DNA from: Eledone cirrhosa
Taxonomy: Eukaryota
Direction: 5' to 3'
DNA: 64,000 nucleotides
Assembly (NCBI GenBank): GCA_964016885.1
Contig: OZ024742.1
Location: forward strand, 126,108,001-126,172,000
The notes beneath the pieces are model-generated. The model was not told the DNA's origin. It worked only from the letters and a program-made list of their open reading frames with translations, and did no database searches. How positions within the stretch are numbered: position 1 is the stretch's first letter; each line of letters starts with the position of its first letter. The translations under genes were made by a program, and so were the position numbers. Shown here in pieces: positions 1 to 10,727 of the stretch.

Positions 1-417
1 TGAAAGTATGAGCAAGACATATTTGTCTGACTTGCCTGTCTAGTATCAGAGCATGACAACTCATCTAACCCATGCAAACATGGAAAATAGATGTAAAGTG
101 GTGATGATTATATATATACTTATATATATATATATATACACACATACATAACGGCGATGAATTAGTTTTGCGAGGTTTTTGATATGAAATCGTGTGTCGA
201 AACAAACATTGCTACACCTGGGAAGGGCCACACTTGTGTAATAATTTGTGCAATAATACTGCCAGAACCAACAACAGAACACACCCACTGTTAGCGACAC
301 AGAACTGTTAGCGACACAGAACTGTTAGCGACACAGAAGCAACAACCAACCAAACAGCGAGCGTGTTCCGCTACCCATTCTGGTAACACTATTACACAAA
401 TACGACCCTCCCCAAGT

Positions 418-462
<45 letters not shown>

Positions 463-750
463 CAAATAACGAAACGAAATTAAATTTCGTTTCGTTTGTA
501 ACTCACTTTTGTATGACTGACGCTTAAACAATTAAATTAAAAATGTACATCCACATATGTATACTGAAATACTAGTATGCATATGAATACACACACGTGT
601 ACATATGTAGATGTACCGAGTTTTTCACTGGACACTTTACTGTGAGTGTCCAGCTATTCTGTATGTAAACACACAGACAAACCGGTTTTTAGAGTCATAC
701 TGGTTTTCGAGGAAACACCTTTCCTCTATTCTCCAGAAAGCCAGACAAGG

Positions 751-795
751 AATATTGGACTAGTTTCGATGTTGTTACATCTCATCAGCAATATT
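751..795 (-). ncRNA. Minimal type I hammerhead ribozyme (array unit 1)
   Basis: Minus strand reads AAUAUUG-CUGAUGA-GAUGU(AACA)ACAUC-GAAA-CUAG-UC-CAAUAUU: 7-bp stem I, intact core, 5-bp stem II, palindromic CUAG stem III, GUC site. Confidence 0.9.
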
Positions 796-1218
796 TACCT
801 ATCTTCCGGCCTTTCTAGAGAATCGTAAAAGCACATATCATTATATGCTTTTTATATGAAAATTAGTAGTGGGCAGACTAATTTGCATAGAGCGTGAGTA
901 CGTACCGGTTCAGCGGAGACGATAAAAAAACAAATAACGAAACGAAATTAAATTTCGTTTCGTTTGTAACTCACTTTTGTATGACTGACGCTTAAACAAT
1001 TAAATTAAAAATGTACATCCACATATGTATACTGAAATACTAGTATGCATATGAATACACACACGTGTACATATGTAGATGTACCGAGTTTTTCACTGGA
1101 CACTTTACTGTGAGTGTCCAGCTATTCTGTATGTAGACACACAGACAAACCGGTTTTTAGAGTCATACTGGTTTTCGAGGAAACACCTTTCCTCTATTCT
1201 CCAGAAAGCCAGACAAGG

Positions 1219-1263
1219 AATATTGGACTAGTTTCGATGTTGTTACATCTCATCAGCAATATT
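1219..1263 (-). ncRNA. Minimal type I hammerhead ribozyme (unit 2)
   Basis: Identical to unit 1 motif. Confidence 0.9.
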
Positions 1264-1684
1264 TACCTATCTTCCGGCCTTTCTAGAGAATCGTAAAAGC
1301 ACATATCGTTATATGCTTTTTCTATGAAAATTAGTAGTGGGCAGACTAATTTGCATAGAGCGTGAGTACGTACCGGTTCAGCGGAGACGATAAAAACAAA
1401 TAACGAAACGAAATTAAATTTCGTTTCGTTTGTAACTCACTTTTGTATGACTGACGCTTAAACAATTAAATTAAAAATGTACATCCACATATGTATACTG
1501 AAATACTAGTATGCATATGAATACACACACGTGTACATATGTAGATGTACCGAGTTTTTCACTGGACACTTTACTGTGAGTGTCCAGCTATTCTGTATGT
1601 AAACACACAGACAAACCGGTTTTTAGAGTCATACTGGTTTTCGAGGAAACACCTTTCCTCTATTCTCCAGAAAGCCAGACAAGG

Positions 1685-1729
1685 AATATTGGACTAATTT
1701 CGATATTGTTACATCTCATCAGCAATATT
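1685..1729 (-). ncRNA. Hammerhead ribozyme (unit 3), two substitutions
   Basis: Stem III CUAG to UUAG and stem II ACAUC to AUAUC; both give G-U pairs and the core is intact. Confidence 0.8.
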
Positions 1730-2150
1730 TACCTATCTTCCGGCCTTTCTAGAGAATCGTAAAAGCACATATCATTATATGCTTTTTATATGAAAATTAG
1801 TAGTGGGCAGACTAATTTGCATAGAGCGTGAGTACGTACCGGTTCAGCGGAGACGATAAAAACAAATAACGAAACGAAATTAAATTTCGTTTCGTTTGTA
1901 ACTCACTTTTGTATGACTGACGCTTAAACAATTAAATTAAAAATGTACATCCACATATGTATACTGAAATACTAGTATGCATATGAATACACACACGTGT
2001 ACATATGTAGATGTACCGAGTTTTTCACTGGACACTTTACTGTGAGTGTCCAGCTATTCTGTATGTAAACACACAGACAAACCGGTTTTTAGAGTCATAC
2101 TGGTTTTCGAGGAAACACCTTTCCTCTATTCTCCAGAAAGCCAGACAAGG

Positions 2151-2195
2151 AATATTGGACTAGTTTCGATGTTGTTACATCTCATCAGCAATATT
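2151..2195 (-). ncRNA. Minimal type I hammerhead ribozyme (unit 4)
   Basis: Identical to unit 1 motif. Confidence 0.9.
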
Positions 2196-2424
2196 TACCT
2201 ATCTTCCGGCCTTTCTAGAGAATCGTAAAAGCACATATCGTTATATGCTTTTTCTATGAAAATTAGTAGTGGGCAGACTAATTTGCATAGAGCGTGAGTA
2301 CGTACCGGTTCAGCGGAGACGATAAAAACAAATAACGAAACGAAATTAAATTTCGTTTCGTTTGTAACTCACTTTTGTATGACTGACGCTTAAACAATTA
2401 AATTAAAAGGCCGGAAGATAGGTA

Positions 2425-2469
2425 AATATTGCTGATGAGATGTAACAACATCGAAACTAGTCCAATATT
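2425..2469 (+). ncRNA. Minimal type I hammerhead ribozyme (inverted arm, copy 1)
   Basis: aatattg ctgatga gatgt aaca acatc gaaa ctag tc caatatt read directly on the + strand. Confidence 0.9.
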
Positions 2470-2890
2470 CCTTGTCTGGCTTTCTGGAGAATAGAGGAAA
2501 GGTGTTTCCTCGAAAACCAGTATGACTCTAAAAACCGGTTTGTCTGTGTGTTTACATACAGAATAGCTGGACACTCACAGTAAAGTGTCCAGTGAAAAAC
2601 TCGGTACATCTACATATGTACACGTGTGTGTATTCATATGCATACTAGTATTTCAGTATACATATGTGGATGTACATTTTTAATTTAATTGTTTAAGCGT
2701 CAGTCATACAAAAGTGAGTTACAAACGAAACGAAATTTAATTTCGTTTCGTTATTTGTTTTTATCGTCTCCGCTGAACCGGTACGTACTCACGCTCTATG
2801 CAAATTAGTCTGCCCACTACTAATTTTCATATAAAAAGCATATAATGATATGTGCTTTTACGATTCTCTAGAAAGGCCGGAAGATAGGTA

Positions 2891-2935
2891 AATATTGCTG
2901 ATGAGATGTAACAACATCGAAACTAGTCCAATATT
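2891..2935 (+). ncRNA. Minimal type I hammerhead ribozyme (inverted arm, copy 2)
   Basis: Same motif on the + strand. Confidence 0.9.
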
Positions 2936-3156
2936 CCTTGTCTGGCTTTCTGGAGATAAGAGGAAAGGTGTTTCCTCGAAAACCAGTATGACTCTAAAAA
3001 CCGGTTTGTCTGTGTGTTTACATACAGAATAGCTGGACACTCACAGTAAAGTGTCCAGTGAAAAACTCGGTACATCTACATATGTACACGTGTGTGTATT
3101 CATATGCATACTAGTATTTCAGTATACATATGTGGATGTACATTTTTAATTTAATT

Positions 3157-3233
<77 letters not shown>

Positions 3234-3591
3234 CCTATACTTATATACATACTATACACATATGTGTGTGGACATATACACACACACAAACATATACATA
3301 CAATCATTCAATATCAATGACAAGTATGAGGTTAGCTGTTTATTTGAAGCCAAATGCATAGGGTCTCAGGTCATGGCTGGTACAACACAAATCACTGAAA
3401 AAATGAAAGCAATTAAACGAAATTCCCAAACTGAAATATTTCAGAAATATGTCCAGAATAATAATTGCCTTTGGAGAAATGTTAAACAGGTTTCAGAAAA
3501 AAAGAAAGCTACAGATTACAAAGAAAGGTATTGCCAATTGCAAACAATTGATGTTGCTGGCTGCAAATAAAGGATTTAGTGACTTCTAGGA

Positions 3592-3808
3592 CAGTGGATT
3601 GACAGAATCATTAGTGCATCAGATGAAATACATTTCAGTGATTTGTTACAGCACTCTATGTTCTGGTTTCAAATCCATAGAGGTCAACTCTGTCTTTCAT
3701 CCTCCTAGGGTCAATGAAATAAAGTATCAGTAAAGTATTGAGGTCGGTATAATAGACTGTCCCCCTCCAGCAAAAATTGTTGACCTTGTGTCTGAATTAG
3801 AAACTAAC
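3592..3808 (+). mobile_element. Diverged tRNA-derived SINE (Meta-domain-like family)
   Basis: gtttcaaatcc B-box remnant, ggtcaactctgtctttcatcc core and gaccttgtg..tagaaac tail match other copies in the window. Confidence 0.65.
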
Positions 3809-3852
3809 ATATGTATGTCACAGATATACACACACACATATATATATATATG

Positions 3853-3888
<36 letters not shown>

Positions 3889-4112
3889 CATACACACACA
3901 GACTACTTCCCCTGCCTTAGAAATTGCTGGCTTTGTGTCTAAATTAGAAAATCTTATTAACTAACAATAGGGAAAACTGATCTGAATTGGATGTTCTTCA
4001 TGAACCATTAAAATTATTGAGAGAGAGAGAGAAATATCTGTGTGTTGACTGCTGAGGGCAAAAAATTAACAACAAAACTCATGTTTTAGGGAAAAAATAT
4101 GTTCTGGGCTAA

Positions 4113-4212
4113 ACAGTGGCTGTGTGGCTAAGGAATTTGTTTCACAATCTCGTCATTTCAGGTTCAGTCACACTGTGTAATATCTTGGGCAAGTGTCTTC
4201 TACTGTAGCCTC
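4113..4212 (+). mobile_element. tRNA-derived CORE-like SINE, 5' part
   Basis: tggctgtgtggctaag A-box, ggttcagtc B-box, cttgggcaagt core; similar to 46617 and 53465. Confidence 0.6.
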
Positions 4213-5358
4213 ATAGGGTGATGTGGATAGGGTATACTTCTCACGCAAGGAAGGTGGCCGGGGTCTAAAATCCATATTAACAACATATGAGACCCGCATA
4301 GTAACACTGAAGCAACACCTTCAACAGAGGAAAAAGGTTGGCAACCATCTTGCCCAGGTTTATGAGCATGAAAAAAAAAATATCATTAGAATAGCGACTG
4401 ATCTGGAGGAGAGATATGGAATAAAGCCTGATATAAATTTCTCACCCAGAGAAATCGGAAGATCCCATTCAATGTTCAAACAAGATGAAAAAATTGACCA
4501 ATTTACAGAAAAGGTTGTGCATGGATACTTGAGACGTAAAACACAGACCATAAAGGGGATAAACCACTCAAAAAGCCTGGCATGGAGTTCCGACAAGTTT
4601 ATGACATCACACCTTGAGGGATATCTCTATGCATACAGGGACAAGAACTCCCTACCAAATATCTGCTGCACAAAAGGGGGGGGGGGGCAGCAGCTGACAA
4701 TAAATGTAGGCTATGTAAAACAAAAATCGAGGATGTAAGCCACATTGTTGCCAGCTGCGAAAGAATGTCATCTCGCTACTACCTCCCCATGAGACACGAT
4801 GGGATAGCTAGAACCATCTGGAACGCACTTCGGAAAACAAAATTAACAACAAACGTGGAAGAATATATTGAGACAGATGGCACTAAGGAATACTGGTGGA
4901 ACCTGAAAATAAAAACTGCCACCAAATTAAAGCACAACCGGCCTGATATTGTTGTTTGGGACCACACATTGAAAACGTGTTCTGTTGTGGAGATCAGCTG
5001 CCCACTTGATGTAAACGTTGTCAGAAAAATACAGGAGAAGGAGGACATCTACGGACCATTGATGAGGAGTTTACAAATCCAGTATCCAAGATACACCTTT
5101 AGCTTCATACCCATCATTATTGGAGCTACGGGTTATATACCAACCCGCTTGGACCAAAGTATGACTGAACTTAGATTTGTGAACAAAAAGCGCAGCTCCC
5201 TAATTCATAGTCTACAAATGGCTGCGATAACTGGCACCTTCAAAATTTGCAAAACATTCTTGCGATTCAAGGGATGATAATTTCTTTTCTTTTACAACCT
5301 TGTCACCAGGAAGGTGGCCGGTCAAAAAAATATACTCGAAATTAAGAGAAAGAGATAA
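4213..5358 (+). mobile_element. 5'-truncated R4/Dong-clade RLE non-LTR retrotransposon, copy 1 (frameshifted)
   Basis: RKEGGRGL, CCHC knuckle CRLCKTKIEDVSHIVASC, RHD, RPDIVVWD..VEISCP..KEDIY PD-(D/E)xK endonuclease; 3' UTR runs into (CATA)n. Confidence 0.9.
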
Positions 5359-5378
5359 CATACATACATACATACATA

Positions 5379-6600
5379 CATGGTGGCTGCCAACTCGTTA
5401 TCAAGTACGGCCACTACTTTATATCCATGTAGGAGAACCCCTACCGATGCGCTGAACGAGTGCGACTTTTTAGTCCAGCCAGCGACTTGAAAACTCTGGT
5501 ACAAACACTACACTTGTGACAATTATTGACACTTAGTGCTGGGTCTATGGTATCATGTGACGACAAGTGCAGGGAGATCTCCAGATATAAAGCAATGCCT
5601 GTGCCGTGAAGCTTTTATAGTGAGCAAAGGCACTGCACAAAGCCAGTCCCACTCTCTTAACCAAGATGATATTTACCAAAAAGAAGAACAAGTCAACATC
5701 ATTGGATACCATCAGGGTTGCAGGTGTTATATCAGAGTTTTCCTTCTCCTAGAATTCTGCCTTGACAAAGGCTAAGGGGTCATCTCTCCCATATACATGG
5801 TGGCTGCCAACTCGTTTTCGAGTACGGCCACTACTTTATATCCATGTAGGAGAACCCCTACCGATGCGCTGAACGAGTGTGACTTTTTAGTCCAGCCAGC
5901 GACTTGAAAACTCTGGTACAAACACTACACCTGTGACAATTACTGACACATAGTGCTGGGCCCATGGTACCATGTGACGACAAGTGCAGAGAGATCTCCA
6001 GATATAAAGCAATGCCTGTGCCGTGAAGCTTTTATAGTGAGCAAAGGCACTGCACAAAGCCAGTCCCACTCTCTTAACCAAGATGATATTTACCAAAAAG
6101 AAGAACAAGTCAACATCATTGGATACCATCAGGGTTGCAGGTGTTATATCAGAGTTTTCCTTCTCCTAGAATTCTGCCTTGACAAAGGCTAAGGGGTCAT
6201 CTCTCCCGGTGATTTTGGATGGCCATTGACTCTTAAGAGCTCCTTTGCCCTTTGACAGGTTTTGTTTTTAGTCCTGCAGGATGTCCAAAGTCACCCTCCT
6301 CACCAAGAAACCTTGGTGGGGTTGCCAGTTTAGTCGCCAACGACCCGACCATGAGACAGGTTGTACTGGGATACATGTTACCAGTAGCACCAACTGGTGA
6401 CCTGACATATATATATACATATATATATACACACATACACACACATACATATATATATACATATATATACACACATACATATATATACATATATATACAT
6501 ATATATATACACATATATATATATATACATATATATATACACATATATATACATATATACATACATATACACATATACACATACATATATATATACACAC

Positions 6601-6635
<35 letters not shown>

Positions 6636-6666
6636 CACATATATATACACATATATATATATATAC

Positions 6667-6697
<31 letters not shown>

Positions 6698-6724
6698 CAT
6701 ATATATATACACATATATATATAT

Positions 6725-6762
<38 letters not shown>

Positions 6763-7933
6763 ATATACACACATCTCTCCCATATACATACATATATACA
6801 TACATACATACACATATGCATACATATATACATACATACATATATGCATACATATATACATACATACATACATATATACATACATACATACATATATACA
6901 TACATACATATATATATACATACATATATATATACATACATATATATATACATACATACATATATACATACATACATATATACATACATATATATATACA
7001 TACATATATACATACATACATATATACATACATACATACATACATATATATATATACATACATATATATATACAAACATATATATATACATACATATATA
7101 TATACATACATATATATATACATGGTGGCTGCCAACTCGTTTTCGAGTACGGCCACTACTTTATATCCATGTAGGAGAACTCCTACCGATGCGCTGAATG
7201 AATGTAACTTTAGTCCAGCATAGTGCTAGGCCCATGGTACCATGTGACGACAAGTGCAGAGAGATCTCCAGATACAAAGCAATGCCTGTGCCGTGAAGCT
7301 TTTATAGTGAGCAAAGGCACTGCACAAAGCCAGTCCCACTCTCTTAACCAAGATGATATTTACCAAAAAGAAGAATAAGTCAACATCATTGGATACCATC
7401 AGGGTTGCAGGTGTTATATCAGAGTTTTCCTTCTCCTAGAATTCTGCCTTGACAAAGGCTAAGGGGTCATCTCTCCCAGTGATTTTGGATGGCCATTGAC
7501 TCTTAAGAGCTCCTTTGCCCTTTGACAGGTTTTGTTTTTAGTCCTGCAGGATGTCCAAAGTCACCCTCCTCACCAAGAAACCTTGGTGGGGTTGCCAGTT
7601 TAGTCGCCAACGACCCGACCATATACATACATATATACATACATATATATATACATACATATATACATACATATATACATACATACATATATATATACAT
7701 ACATATATATATATACATGGTGGCTGCCAACTCGTTTTCGAGTACGGCCACTACTTTATATCCATGTAGGAGAACCCCTACCGATGCGCTGAACGAGTGT
7801 GACCTTCTAGTCCAGCCAGCGACTTGAAAACCCTGGTACAAACACTACACTTGCGACAATTATTGACACATAGTGCTGGGCCCATGGTACCATGTGACGG
7901 CAAGCGCAGAGAGATCTCCAGATATAAAGCAAT
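5379..7933 (-). mobile_element. Four copies of a non-coding retroposon (5379-5790, 5796-6406, 7121-7622, 7716-7933) in (TACA/TA)n
   Basis: All share one end (minus: ...gagttggcagccaccatg + TATG-type repeats) and vary at the other end, as expected for TPRT 5' truncation. Contains aggagaaggaaaactctga, resembling RTE-type 5' UTRs. Confidence 0.75.
6407..7120. repeat. Compound (TA)n/(TACA)n microsatellite
   Basis: Read directly. Confidence 0.98.
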
Positions 7934-7970
7934 ACATACATACATACATACATACATACATACATACATA

Positions 7971-8980
7971 CATCATATGAGACCCGGATAGTAACACTGA
8001 AGTAACATCATATGAGACCCGGATAGTAACACTGAAGCAACATCTTCAACAGAGGAAAAAGGTTGGCAACCATCTTGTCCAGGTTTATGAGCATGAAAAA
8101 AAAATATCATTAGAATAGCGACTGATTTGGAGGAGAGATATGGAATAAAGCCTGATATAAATCTCTCACCCAGAGAAATCGGAAGATCCCATTCAATGTT
8201 CAAACAAGATGAAAAAAATTGACCAATTTACAGAAAAAGTTGTGCATGGATACTTGAGACGTAAAACACAGACCATAGAGGGGATAAACCACTCAAAAAG
8301 CCTGGCATGGAGTTCCGACAAGTTTATGACATCTCACCTTGAGGGATATCTCTATGCATACAGAGACAAGAACTCCCTACCAAATATCTGCCGCACAAAA
8401 GGGGAGGACCATCAGCTGACAATAAATGTAGGCTATGTAAAACAAAAGTCGAGGATGTAAGCCACATTGTTGCCAGCTGCGAAAGAATGTCATCTCGCTA
8501 CTACCTCCCCATGAGACACGATGGGATAGCTAGAACCACCTGGAACGCACTTCGGAAAACAAAATTAACAACAAACGTGGAAGAATATATTGAGACAGAT
8601 GGCACTAAGGAATACTGGTGGAACCTGAAAATAAAAACTGCCACCAAATTAAAGCACAACCGGCCTGATATTGTTGTTTGGGACCACACATTGAAAACGT
8701 GTTCTATTGTGGAGATCAGCTACCCACTTGATGTAAACGTTGTCAGAAAAATACAGGAGAAGGAGGACATCTACGGACCATTGATGAGGAGTTTACAAAT
8801 CCAGTATCCAAGATACACCTTTAGCTTCATACCTATCATTATTGGAGCTACGGGTTATATACCAACTCGCTTGGACCAAAGTATGACTGAACTTGGATTT
8901 GCGAACAAAAAGCGCAGCTCCCTAATTCATAATCTACAAATGGCTGCGATAGCTGGCACCTTCAAAATTTGCAAAACATT
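7971..8980 (+). mobile_element. R4/Dong-clade RLE element copy 2, 5' part (interrupted by the LTR element; resumes 18376-18476)
   Basis: Near-identical to 4283-5257. The sequence after the 3' LTR (cttgcgattcaaggga...gagataa) continues the same element. Confidence 0.92.
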
Positions 8981-9437
8981 TGTAGCAAGAGTTGCCTCCC
9001 TTGTCATGACAATCTCATCACCACTCTCTAGATAGGAAGTAGCTGGGGTTGCTTCCCTTTGGAAGTGATAGAACCCTGTTGGTCACTTCCGGTCAGACCC
9101 TATAAAAGGAACAGGTTAGGGCGATCCTCCCCTCTCGCCTCCTGAATTCCAAAGTGGTAACACCTGCGACCTTAGCATGAGATGATTCCTTTTTCATAAT
9201 CCTTCGCCACCAAGAAGAATGCAACCGGCAGCCTAAGAACCTAAGAAGATGTTAACACCTCCTAGAGAAGATCTCTGTTCTTCTCTACACACTTCAGCCT
9301 AGTTGTGATCCACGGGTAATGATTCATTTATATTAATCCCTTTGACTTCTATGAAGTAAAAACATTATCACAACACACACCGGCATTTATTGTCTTTTGT
9401 AATAATTTTATATGTACACGGATACTAATCTCCTAAA
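8981..9437 (+). repeat. 5' LTR (type A)
   Basis: TGTAGC...CTCCTAAA; tataaa box ~9101; direct repeat of 17915-18371. Confidence 0.95.
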
Positions 9438-9438
9438 G

Positions 9439-9457
9439 TGGTGACCCCCGACGTGAT
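9439..9457 (+). promoter_or_regulatory. Primer binding site, tRNA-Trp type
   Basis: TGGTGACCCCCGACGTGAT one base after the LTR; complementary to the tRNA-Trp 3' end with one extra C. Confidence 0.9.
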
Positions 9458-9918
9458 TTTAAAAAAACAAAAAAAGAAATGGGAAATGGTATAATGTGTA
9501 TATATAAAAAAAAAACAGAAGAAAATAACAAAAAAAACAACAACAATTTAATACAAAACGAACACCTACAGTTATTGACACACAAACAAACAGCAATTGT
9601 ATGAATGTTTTTGCCTTTTTTTCTCTCCTTTTCTGCCTTTCTCTTCTCTGGCTAAAAAATTTGAGGATGACAAGATGGAGTCTCTCTTCTCCACCATTAG
9701 TGTTTTGGGCGCGAAATAGTCCGCCATGTTGGATTTTGTTTTAAGTTCCTTGCCCTTACCTTAATAACAGCATTCACTTAATCGCTTCTTTGCATATTGT
9801 CCCGGATGCATTACTTTTCCTGTCCAGTGGTTTGACAGGGAAAAATAAGCGATTTTGTTTTCCTTTTCTGTTGCGTTAGAGACATTTTTCCAAACGGTAA
9901 ATTGCCTACGGTATACCA

Positions 9919-10689
9919 ATGGCTTCTCATTCTGTTCTGCCAACGTACACGGGCGACGTAAGGCTATGGTTCGCCCATCTAGAAGCATTTTTCAAGGCGA
10001 ACAGAGTTGACGAGGAACTACAACGTCCTGTGGTCCTTAGCGCAATTCCGCCGGCAATTCTCCCAGCGATTAAGGACCTGGTGTTAGAGACACCCACAGA
10101 CTTGACGTACACGTCTCTGAAGGCTGAAATACTCAGCCGGACAGAATAGTCTTCAGAAAAAAGATTTAGGGCTTTGGTCCATCTGGAGCATATAGGGGAT
10201 GGCACCCCATCGAACCTCCTAAGGCGAATGAAGGACCTAACCGAGGGGTCGGTAGCGGAAACTGCCCTGCTGAAGCAGTTGTTCTTCTCGCGCCTGCCGA
10301 CCAACGTACAGGCAATTTTGGCCCCCATGAGGGATACAAGCACGGTGGATCAGCTTGCCGCCTCTGCGGACAAAGTTTTCGAGGTGACGAATGCCGGAGG
10401 CAGCGACCCCCTTGCCGCTGCTCACCACCCAGCTCGGGCCACACACGGCCATGCGATCTACGCGGCAGTGCCAATAGACAGCTCAACCATTATGGCGATG
10501 CAAAGGTCCATTCAGGAACTCACCATAGAGCTCCGCAAGATGAAGGCCTTGTGTGGTGCCCGTTCGCGCCCCCGCAGTCGCGGGAGATCGCCAAATTTTA
10601 GACGTCGTTCTAAATCACCAGCTTCATCTTTATGCTGGTACCACGAGCGATTTACTGAGAACGCTAATCACTGCGTGCAACCTTGCTCC
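9919..10689 (+). pseudogene. gag: gag with one in-frame stop (10147-10149); last codons displaced to 14052-14079
   Basis: LWFAHLEAFF; LKQLFFSRLP; RSRPRSR; CWYH-x9-C-x3-C (CHCC) knuckle. Confidence 0.9.
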
Positions 10690-10727
10690 TTTAGCAGTAT
10701 TAGTTATTAAGTAGTCGTGGTCGCCAC

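Larger units (their letters stand above)
458..3160. repeat. 466-468 bp tandem array (4 full units + partial, 458-2407) joined to an inverted ~1.6-unit arm (2408-3160); retrozyme / Penelope pLTR-like
   Basis: Near-identical units (same ORF at 646, 1114, 1580, 2046). Reverse-complement arm starts at ~2408 (aggccggaagatagg). Both outer ends abut (TA)n. Confidence 0.95.

Noticed and set aside
458-2407. CRISPR-like array
   Set aside because: Units are wholly repeated with no unique spacers, and the context is eukaryotic.
646-3040. Repeated 60-aa ORF MSSYSVCKHTDK...
   Set aside because: GTG start, no motif, and antisense to the ribozyme; an incidental product of the tandem unit.
6233-7223. Long YI/HT/CV-rich ORFs (also near 3130, 21483, 22662, 51124, 54405, 57643)
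   Set aside because: Translations of microsatellites.
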